A stretch of DNA of 64,000 nucleotides, taken from an uncultured Actinomycetes bacterium (GTDB taxonomy: Bacteria > Actinomycetota > Acidimicrobiia > Acidimicrobiales > JACCXE01). The stretch spans positions 6,762-70,761 of the forward strand of contig CAVYNR010000007.1 of the NCBI GenBank assembly GCA_963769985.1, written 5' to 3'. A program made the position numbers and the translations under genes. The notes beneath the pieces are model-generated. The model was given only the letters and a program-made list of their open reading frames with translations. It was not told the origin of the DNA and ran no database searches. This document shows positions 56,532 to 64,000 of this stretch, in pieces. Numbering within the stretch: the stretch's first letter is position 1; the number at the start of each line of letters is the position of its first letter.

Positions 56532-57759
56532 GAAACGGGCAGCGATCTTGTCGAAGTCCAACTCGAACAGCTTGATCGCGTTGCCGCGCACGATCTTGTA
56601 ATGCGTCTCTTCGGGCAGATGACCCATCAGCTTCTTCGCCACTTCAAGCGTGTGCGGCCACGTCGAGTCGGAGTGCGGGTAGTCGGTCTCGAACGTGATG
56701 TTGTCGACGCCGACGGCGTCGAGGTTGTCAAGCCCGTGCGTGGTCGTCGAAGAAGCAACCGGTCATGTTCTTGAAGTAGTAGGTGCTCGGCGGCTCGGGG
56801 ATCTTGTCGGCCACGCCGCCCCACGCGCGGTTGTCCTCCCACACCTTGTCGGCGCGCTCGAGGATGTAGGGGATCCACCCGATCTGGCCTTCGGAGTACG
56901 CCAGCTTCACCTTCGGGTACTTCACCAGCAGCCCGCTGAACAGCCAGTCGGTCATCGACATCATCGCGTTGTTGAACGTCAGCGTTGATCCGACCGCGGG
57001 CGGCGCGTCAGCCGACGTCGAGGGCATCTTCGACGACGACCCGATGTGCATGTTGATCACGGTGCCGGTCTCGGCGCACGCCTCGACGAACGGCTCCCAG
57101 TAGCCGTTGGCGTCGTGCACCGACGGCAGTCCGAGGAACGGCGGGATCTCGCTGAAGCACGTCGGCGCGCACGCCGCGCGCCGCGTTGCGACGCACTTCG
57201 TCAGCGGCCAGCTCCGCGTCCCACAGCGGCACGATGATCAGCGGGATCAAGTCGGCCGCCGGTGCCGGCGCACCACTCGTCGACCATCCAGTCGTTGTAG
57301 GCCTGCACGCAGAGCAGCGCGAGTTCCTTGTCCTTGGCCTCGGTGAAGGTCTGGCCGCAGAAGCGCGGGAAGCTCGGGAACGCCAGCGACGCTTCGACGT
57401 GGTTGACGTCCATGTCCTCGAGGCGGGCGACGGGATCCCAGCAGCCCTTGCGCATCTCCTCGTAGGTGATCGCGGTGATCTTCACCTCGTCGCGCGGGAA
57501 GCCGGCCGCGGCCGACAGGCGCGTCGTCGGGATCTTCAGGTCCTCGTAGTACCACCAGTCGCAGTCGGCGCCTTCGCCCGCGGAGTACGGAGAACTTGCC
57601 GCCGACGAACACCATCTCGCCGAGCTTGGCCCGCACCGACCGCGGACCGCTCTCCTTGTACTTCTCCGGCAGCCGGTCCTGCCACACGTTCGGCGGCTCG
57701 AGCACGTGGTCGTCGACCGAGATGATCTTGGGAAACGTTTCGTCCGGGTGCTGCGTCAC
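56528..57759 (-). CDS. amidohydrolase_2 (ACMSD-like metal-dependent hydrolase/decarboxylase) family protein, about 4 frameshifts
   Basis: VTQHPDETFPKIISVDDHVLEPPNVWQDRLP, VNHVEASLAFPSFPRF, INMHIGSSSKMPSTSADAPPAVGSTLTFNN, AYSEGQIGWIPYILERAD, FETDYPHSDSTWP. Paralogue of the gene at 63263. Confidence 0.65.
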
Positions 57760-57778
57760 GTGGGGAGCGTAACGGGTT

Positions 57779-57795
57779 TCTGACGGTCCGTCAGG
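57779..57795. promoter_or_regulatory. palindromic operator candidate TCTGACggtccGTCAGG (site 6 of 7, perfect core)
   Basis: Lies 20 nt upstream of the amidohydrolase_2 GTG and overlaps the stop codon of the upstream SDR. Confidence 0.55.
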
Positions 57796-58556
57796 TGCGA
57801 CCCGAGGCGGCGGCGGCGCCGCCGTCGACCGGCATCGCCATGCCCGTCACGTACGACGCGCTGCTCCGAGCACAACCACACGACGGCGGCGGCGATTTCC
57901 TCGGGTGTGGCCAGGCGGCCGATCGGCATCATCTTGCCCATCGCCTGCAGCGTCGCCTCGTCGCCGCCGGTGAATCCCTCGAGCATCGGCGTGCGCACGG
58001 TGCCCGGGCACACGGCGTTGATGCGGATGTTCGCGCGGGCGTATTCGAGCGCGGCGGTCTTGGTGAGGCCGATCACGCCGTGCTTGCTGGCCACATACGC
58101 CGACAGCCCGGCGAAGCCCATCAGGCCGGCGCCCGACGACGTGTTCACGATCACGCCGCCGCCGTTGGCCTGCATGACGCGGGAGTCTCGGCGCGCATGC
58201 AGAGGAAGACGCTCACAAGGTTGAGGTCGATGACCCGGCGCCACTCGTCGATGTCGGCGTCGGCGATGTTGCCGAAGTTGCCCGACGTACCGGCGTTGTT
58301 GAACGCGATGTCGAGGCCGTCGCCACGCCGCGGCCACGAGCGCGTCGACCTGCGCCGGGTCGGTCACGTCGGTGCGCACGAAGCGGCGTCGCCGCCGATG
58401 GCGGCGGCCGTCTCTTCGCCGCCGACGCTCGTTGACGTCGGCCACGATCACGGTCGCACGCCTGCTGCGCCCAGCTGAATCGCCGGTCGCCCGGCCGATG
58501 CCGGAACCGCCTCCGGTGACGATCGCGACCTTGCCGGCAAACGCCTGCGCATCCAT
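57791..58556 (-). CDS. short-chain dehydrogenase/reductase, about 3 frameshifts
   Basis: MDAQAFAGKVAIVTGGGSGIGRAT, VRTDVTDPAQVDALVAAA, NTSSGAGLMGFAGLSAYVASKHGVIGLTKTAALEYA, then ASYVTGMAMPVDGG, stop 57791. Confidence 0.7.
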
Positions 58557-58557
58557 A

Positions 58558-58574
58558 TCTGACAATCTGTCAGA
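58558..58574. promoter_or_regulatory. palindromic operator candidate TCTGACaatctGTCAGA (site 7 of 7, perfect; extended ATCTGACA/TGTCAGAT)
   Basis: Centred in the 41-nt gap between two divergent SDR genes. Confidence 0.65.
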
Positions 58575-58597
58575 TTCGCGACGGAGGGATTGGCTCG

Positions 58598-59342
58598 ATG
58601 GGACGTTTCGACGGACGGGTGGTGCTCGTCACCGGCTCGGCATCGGGAATTGGACAGGCATCGGCGATGCGATTCGGCGAGGACGGCGCCACCGTCGTCT
58701 GCGCCGACCTCAACGCAGAGGGCGCGGCGGCCACCGCCGACAAGATCGGCAACGGCGCGACCAGCGTGGGTCTCGACGTGAGTGACCCCGTCGCCGCGGA
58801 GAAGGTCGTCAACGACGCCGTCGCGACCCACGGCAAGCTCGACGTGCTGGCGAATGTCGCCGGCATCCTGCAGTTCGGTCACGCCACCGAGCTGGGCTTC
58901 GACGAGTGGAGCCGCGTCATCGCCGTCAACCTCACGGGCATGTTCAACATGATTCGTCCGGCGCTCCCCCACCTGCTCGAGAGCAAAGGCAACATTGTCA
59001 ACGTCGCGTCGACGGCCGGACATACTCGGCCAGCCCTACAGCGCGGCGTACTCCGCGTCGAAGGGCGGCGTGGTCCTGATGACAAAGGCGCTCGCGGTCG
59101 AGTTCGCGAAAAAGGGTGTCCGGTTCAACGCCGTGTGCCCCGGCGGCGTCGACACGCCGCTCGTGGCCAATATGACAATCCCCGACGACGTCGAAGGCTT
59201 CCTCGTCGCGCGCATGGAGTTGGTGCGCGGCCACTTCGCGCCGCCATCGGACATCGCCAGTGTCTTGTGCTTCCTGGCCTCCGACGACGCCCGCAATATG
59301 ACGGGAGCCGCGGTGCCCGTCGACTACGGGATGTCGGCCTAG
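58598..59342 (+). CDS. short-chain dehydrogenase/reductase, one frameshift near 59025
   Basis: MGRFDGRVVLVTGSASGIGQASA... (ORF 58598..) joins ORF 58995..59342 (YSAAYSASKGGVVLMTKALAVEFAKKGVRFNAVCPGGVDTP). Confidence 0.8.
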
Positions 59343-59345
59343 TCA

Positions 59346-60197
59346 ATGAAATTTTGGCTGGCGCTCGCGTTCGTCGAGACGGAGCAGACGCTCGAACTGG
59401 CCAAGGCCGCCGATCGTTCCGGCTATCACGGCATCACGGTCTCGGATCATCTGTTCGCTCCCCAGACCCGCATCGCGCACTACCCGTACTCCGACGACGG
59501 CGCGCCGCCGTTCACCGACGAAACGGCGTGGCCCGACGCGTGGGCGTTGATCTCGGCGATGGCCGCGGTGACCGAACAGATCCGCTTCACCACCAACGCC
59601 TACGTCGCGCCGCTGCGTGATCTGTTCACCGTGGCCAAGCTGGTGTCGACCGCATCCGTGCTGTCGAAGGGTCGCGTGACGCTGGGCGCGGCGCCCGGTT
59701 GGTGTCAGGAGGAGTTCGACCAGGTCGGCCAAGCCTTCGACAAGCGCGGCGCGCGCCTCGAAGAGATGATCGACGTGTGTCGTCGGCTGTGGGCGGGCGG
59801 CTGGGTCGAGCACCACGGCACCTATTACGACTTCGATCCGCTGCGCATCGAGCCCGTCCCCGCGGCACCGGTCCCCGTCTACATCGGCGGGCACTCCGAG
59901 ATCGCGTTGTCGCGTGCGGCGCGCATCGGTGACGGCTGGATCGGTAACGCCTATTCGCCCGACGAGGCCGAAGTAATGCTCGGACGCATGCGGGGCCACC
60001 TCGAGCATGTCGACCGCGCCGACGACCCGAGCTTCGAGAGCATCATCGCCCTGAAGGCTCGACCGACACCGGAGCTGCACGACCGCATGGCGTCACTCGG
60101 TGCGACGGGACTGCTGTGCGCGCCCTGGATGATGGCGCCCGACCTCGAGGACCGCATCGGCGCGATCGAAGGCTTCGCCAAGCACTTCTGGGGGTAG
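59346..60197 (+). CDS. LLM-class F420-dependent oxidoreductase (Rv2161c-type family)
   Basis: Intact 283 aa. MKFWLALAFVETEQTLELAKAADRSGYHGITVSDHLF...IGDGWIGN. Confidence 0.8.
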   Translation: MKFWLALAFVETEQTLELAKAADRSGYHGITVSDHLFAPQTRIAHYPYSDDGAPPFTDETAWPDAWALISAMAAVTEQIRFTTNAYVAPLRDLFTVAKLVSTASVLSKGRVTLGAAPGWCQEEFDQVGQAFDKRGARLEEMIDVCRRLWAGGWVEHHGTYYDFDPLRIEPVPAAPVPVYIGGHSEIALSRAARIGDGWIGNAYSPDEAEVMLGRMRGHLEHVDRADDPSFESIIALKARPTPELHDRMASLGATGLLCAPWMMAPDLEDRIGAIEGFAKHFWG

Positions 60198-60214
60198 CCG
60201 GACGTTCGAGTGCT

Positions 60215-61015
60215 TTAGGCCTGGTTCATGAAGTGGCCGCCGTTGACCGGCAGGGCCGTACCGGTGATGCACTTCGACAGATCGCTGGCGTAGAAGAGCA
60301 CGGCGCCCGCGATCTCACTTGAGTGCGGCAGGTACTTCAGCGCCGTCTCGCCGGCGATCTCGTCATAAATCTCTTGCGGTGTGACGTCGCGTTGTTTGGC
60401 CAGCTCGCCGAAGTACCACTCGACCGAGTCGCCCCAGATGTAGCCGGGGTGAACCGCGTTGACGCGAATGCCGTCCTTGCCAAGTTCGACCGCGAGCGTC
60501 TTGGTGACCGTCGCGAGCGCTCCTTTCGATCCGGCGTACGCGCCGTAGCCCTCTTGTACGCGCTGCACCGACATCGTGTTGACCATCACAATGTGGCCGC
60601 CGCCGCGCGCGCGCATCGAAGGCACCACCGCTTTGGTGAGTTGCAGCGTGCCGAAGAAGTTGGTGTCCATCGTCTCGCGCCACGTATCGAGGTTGCCGTC
60701 CATGAACGGCGTGTAGTCGCCGCCGTGGAACGCGTTGTTGACCAGCACGTCGACCCCACCGAACTCGCTCGACGCCTCTGCGACCAACGCCACACATGCG
60801 TCGTTGTCGGTGATGTCGCAGGTGATGCAGAGGCAGCGCCCACCCTTGTCGATGATCTCCTTCTCCACCTTTTCCATGCGCTTGGGTGTGCGCGCCGCCA
60901 GGACTACGTCGGCGCCTTCCTCGGCGAACTGGAGCGAAATGTCGCGGCCCATGCCGGGGCCGAGCCCGGACACGATCGCCACCTTTCCTTCGAGCAACCC
61001 CGGTCGTGAGCTCAC
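60215..61015 (-). CDS. short-chain dehydrogenase/reductase
   Basis: The GTG at 61015 overlaps the upstream TGA: VSSRPGLLEGKVAIVSGLGPGMGRDISLQFAEEGADVV...YAGSKGALATVTKTLAVE. This is the intact in-frame part of the 825-aa track ORF. Confidence 0.8.
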   Translation of the reverse strand: MSSRPGLLEGKVAIVSGLGPGMGRDISLQFAEEGADVVLAARTPKRMEKVEKEIIDKGGRCLCITCDITDNDACVALVAEASSEFGGVDVLVNNAFHGGDYTPFMDGNLDTWRETMDTNFFGTLQLTKAVVPSMRARGGGHIVMVNTMSVQRVQEGYGAYAGSKGALATVTKTLAVELGKDGIRVNAVHPGYIWGDSVEWYFGELAKQRDVTPQEIYDEIAGETALKYLPHSSEIAGAVLFYASDLSKCITGTALPVNGGHFMNQA

Positions 61016-61966
61016 GCCCGCGCCCCCTTCAGTAGTGGCCCGACTTCGGAGCCAAACGCCAACATCTGGTCGACGGACTCGTCGAGCGAACGCGAACCGG
61101 AAGCGCACCTGCATGTGCGAGCAGCCCATCGCCCCGAACTCGCGCAGGCGCTCGGCGATGAAGTCCGGCGAGCCGCTCAGCGTCTTGTCGCCGACGTCCC
61201 ACGAGGGCTCGCCGACATACAGGATCTCGGTAATGCAGCCGATCTCGATCGGCTCCGCGATGCCGGCGCGCTCACGATGCGCCAACACCGTGGCGATCTG
61301 GTCCGGCATCTGGGCGCGTGGCGTTCCCTGGGGCAACCAGCCGTCGCCCTTCTCCCCCGCCCGGTGTAGCGACGGCGGCGCTGAGCCGCCAATCCACACC
61401 GGCGGGCGCGGCTGTTGGACGGGCCGGGGGGCAACGCCGACGTCGCGCACCGGCCACGTCGGTCCGTCGGCGATCGGGAACTCGTCGAGCAGCGCCGCTT
61501 TGACCACGTCGATGGCTTCGTCGAGCAACGCGCCGCGCTTGGCGAAGTCGACGCCCAGCGTGGCGAACTCATCGGCGGCATGACCGGCGCCGGCGCCGAG
61601 GATGGCGCGGCCGTGCGAGAGCGTGTCGAGCGTGGCGATGGCCTTCGCCGTCATCAAAGGGTGGCGATACGGCAGCACCGCGACGTGCGACATGAGTCGG
61701 GTCCGCATCGTGATCCCGGCAAGGAAGCCGAGCGTGGTCATCGTGTCGTACCACGTCGTTCCCATCGCGGTGGCGAGCGACCGCGGGATGGCGACGTGGT
61801 CGCACACGGCGACGTAGAAGAAGTTGGCATCGTCGGCCGCGCGCGCCAACGCCGCGAGCTCGTCGGCACCGGCGTCTTTCTCCCAGGCTTCTACGAACAG
61901 CGTGCTCTGCGCCTGCACCGGCAGCTGCAGGCCGTAGACCAGTTCGCCTGACGGGATAAGTGTCAC
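61012..61966 (-). CDS. LLM-class (likely F420-dependent) oxidoreductase, one frameshift near 61085
   Basis: GTG 61966: VTLIPSGELVYGLQLPVQAQS...VCDHVAIP...LDTLSHGRAILGAGAGH...GDGWLPQG. The expected tail RSLDESVDQMLAFGSEVGPLLKGARA-stop lies in the +1 frame. Confidence 0.75.
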
Positions 61967-62655
61967 TACCGCGGCGCTGACTTGCCGGTGAGGGTCGTGT
62001 AGATGATGTCGGCCATGCTGCGGCGGAAGTCGGCGGTGCGGATGCCCCAGAACTCGAAGCCGTACTGGTGGGCGGCGACGTGGGCAAGCATGGCCACGAG
62101 CACTCCCGCGGTCGCCATGGGATCGGGCGCGAGCGACCCGCGGCGCGCCGGCTGCAACGCGGCGGCGACCGTGCTGAGCTCCACGGTCAGCGCGTTGAGC
62201 ATCCCGGTGCGGATGGACCGGAACCGCAGGTCGCCTTCGGCTACGACGAGGTCCACCACGCGCAGCACGGCGCGATGCCGGTCCCAGAACGCCAGGAACT
62301 CGTCGGCGAGCGCGAGCGCGACGTCGTGGCCGCTCTTGGACTTCCACGAACCCTCGCGGACGAGTTCGGTCAGTGGTTCGGCGTCGAGCGCGGTGGCTTC
62401 GGCGAGCGCGAGCACCGCCGACTCCACGTCGGGGAAGTACTGGTAGAAGGTGGCGGGCGACGTCTTCGCCTCGCGGGCGATGTCGATCACCTTCAGCTCG
62501 CGGTACGACGTCTTGTCGAGCAGGTCGGCGGTGCAGTCGAGCAACCGTGTGCGAGTGGCGCGACCGCGCCGGCCCGGTACGCGCCCGTCGGACGCGCGCG
62601 GATCCTCGTCGTCGACCACCATGAGTTTGGCGTCGGGCTTCACGTCGCTGACCAT
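61966..62655 (-). CDS. TetR-family transcriptional regulator
   Basis: Intact 229 aa, with HTH region YRELKVIDIAREAKTSPATFYQYFPDVESAVLAL. By my recollection it is not KstR- or KstR2-like. Confidence 0.8.
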   Translation of the reverse strand: MVSDVKPDAKLMVVDDEDPRASDGRVPGRRGRATRTRLLDCTADLLDKTSYRELKVIDIAREAKTSPATFYQYFPDVESAVLALAEATALDAEPLTELVREGSWKSKSGHDVALALADEFLAFWDRHRAVLRVVDLVVAEGDLRFRSIRTGMLNALTVELSTVAAALQPARRGSLAPDPMATAGVLVAMLAHVAAHQYGFEFWGIRTADFRRSMADIIYTTLTGKSAPR

Positions 62656-63258
62656 GCCACGACGAGATCATCGCTGGCGACCACGGTCGCAAGCAGCGAC
62701 AGCGTATTGTCGATCACCGCGTCGGCATACGCGGCGGGGATGCCCGCCACGCAGTCGCGCGGCAACACGAACTGGTAGCCCGCGTTCACCGCGTCCATGA
62801 CGAAGTTCGTCATGCCGACATTCACCGATACCCCAACTCCGACGATCGTGGTCGCGCCGAGGTTGCGACACACCGCGTCGAGGTCGGTGCCGCCCATGGG
62901 CCCGATGCCGTGGAATCGTCCGAGCGTGAGATCACGGTCGCCGACGAGGGTGGGCACGACCGCGGCGCCCGGCGTGCCGGGAGCGATCTTCACGCCGCTC
63001 TTCGGCATGGCCTTGAACAGCCGGGCGTTCTCGTTCGAGCCGACGCCGTCGTCGCGCCGCCACGCCACGCAATGGACCACGGGCACGCCCGCAGAACGCG
63101 CCGCCGCACCCAGCTCGCGCGATCGCGCCGAGGATGGGCTCCGCCGCCGCCTTCAGTTCGGCGAGCGGTGACGATTCTCCGATTACGCCGACTTGGCACT
63201 CCTGGGTGACAAGCACCGTGTGCGACGGATCGACGAGCGCCGCGAGGTCGAGAGGCAT
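62640..63258 (-). CDS. isochorismatase-family cysteine hydrolase, one frameshift near 63110
   Basis: MPLDLAALVDPSHTVLVTQECQVGVIGE joins ORF 62640..63086 (VVHCVAWRRDDG...ATTIVGVGVSVNVGMTNFVMDAVNAGYQFVLPRDCVAG). Confidence 0.7.
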
Positions 63259-63262
63259 GCGA

Positions 63263-64000
63263 CTACGCGTCGAGCGACAGGCTGAGCATCTTGATCGCGT
63301 TGCCACGCACGATCTTGCGGATCACGTCGGCGGGCAGATGCCCCATCATCTCGATGGCGACTTCCTTTGTGTCGGGCCACGTCGAGTCGGTGTGCGGGTA
63401 ATCGGTTTCGAACGTCACGTTGTCGACGCCGATCGCGTTGAGGGCGGTCAGCCCAAAGTTGTCTCGGAAGAAGCAGCCGTACATCTGACGGAAGTAGTAC
63501 GTGCTCGGCGGCTCCGGAATCAGGTCCTTCACGCCACCCCACGCGCGGTGCTCCTGCCACACGGTGTCGACGCGCTCGAGGATGTAGGGAATCCAGCCGA
63601 TCTGCCCCTCGGAGTACGCCAGCTTCAAGTTCGGGTAGCGGACGAGCACTCCGGAGAACAGAAAGTCACTCATGGACGCCATCGAGTTGTTGAACGACAG
63701 CGTCGCCGCGACTGCCGGAGGCGCGTCGCCCGACGTCGAGGGCATGCGCGAACTCGACCCGATGTGCATGCTCACCACGGTCTCGGTTTCCTCGCACGCG
63801 GCAAAGAACGGGTCCCAGTAGCCGGTATGGATCGACGGCAGCCCGAGGTGCGCGGGAATCTCGCTAAAGCACACTGCGTGGGCGCCCCGCGCCGCGTTGC
63901 GGCGGACCTCGCCCGCCGCCAGATCGGCATCCCAGAGCGGAATGATCGGCAGCGGAATCAGCCGGCCGCCGCTGTCGCCGCACCACTCCTCGACCATCCA
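63263..64000 (-). CDS. amidohydrolase_2 (ACMSD-like) family protein, 5' end beyond the window
   Basis: ORF 63263..63997. HIGSSSRMPSTSGDAPPAVAATLSFNN, AYSEGQIGWIPYILERVD, FETDYPHTDSTWP. Collinear with the paralogue at 56528..57759. The last window bases encode W-M-V-E-E-W-C, which is internal in the paralogue. Confidence 0.75.
   Translation of the reverse strand, partial: WMVEEWCGDSGGRLIPLPIIPLWDADLAAGEVRRNAARGAHAVCFSEIPAHLGLPSIHTGYWDPFFAACEETETVVSMHIGSSSRMPSTSGDAPPAVAATLSFNNSMASMSDFLFSGVLVRYPNLKLAYSEGQIGWIPYILERVDTVWQEHRAWGGVKDLIPEPPSTYYFRQMYGCFFRDNFGLTALNAIGVDNVTFETDYPHTDSTWPDTKEVAIEMMGHLPADVIRKIVRGNAIKMLSLSLDA

Noticed and set aside
60215-62692. 825-aa ORF that looks like a giant multidomain protein
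   Set aside because: It is a read-through of four separate genes: the isochorismatase tail, an off-frame pass over the TetR, the LLM and the SDR. Internal GTG starts overlap TGA/TAG stops in neighbouring frames, and the N-terminal third is Arg/Pro/Ala-rich off-frame sequence.

Overview
High-GC (about 70%) actinobacterial-type DNA, almost entirely coding. It is a steroid (cholesterol or bile-acid type) catabolic supercluster. I recognise homologues of M. tuberculosis ipdA, echA20, fadD19, fadA5, cyp142, the igr-type set fadE29, chsH2, chsH1 and ltp2, a fadE26/fadE27 pair, fadD3, fadD17, fadE31/33-like ACADs, and a KstR-like TetR with three consensus KstR boxes. Interleaved with these are several less expected elements:
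- a lower-GC island (about 2.2-9.2 kb) with a GT1 glycosyltransferase, an ABC-2 exporter, an SGNH-like protein and two tandem sulfotransferases translationally coupled to SDR genes;
- a HAAT (Liv-type) ABC uptake operon carrying two orphan membrane/exported proteins;
- six luciferase-like monooxygenase paralogues plus PPOX and EthD proteins;
- a catalytic SDR coupled to a degenerate SDR-like partner;
- two DUF222-HNH (REP13E12-like) genes.
The clearest previously unnamed signal is a 17-bp palindrome, TCTGAC-N5-GTCAGA, found seven times and only in operon-leading gaps. It differs from both the KstR and KstR2 consensus.
Major caveat: most genes carry multiple +/-1 frameshifts, while residue conservation and start/stop overlaps are preserved. 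I read this as indel errors in the assembly rather than true pseudogenes. Many boundaries are therefore approximate, and many track ORFs are chimeras or fragments. I saw no rRNA, tRNA or CRISPR.
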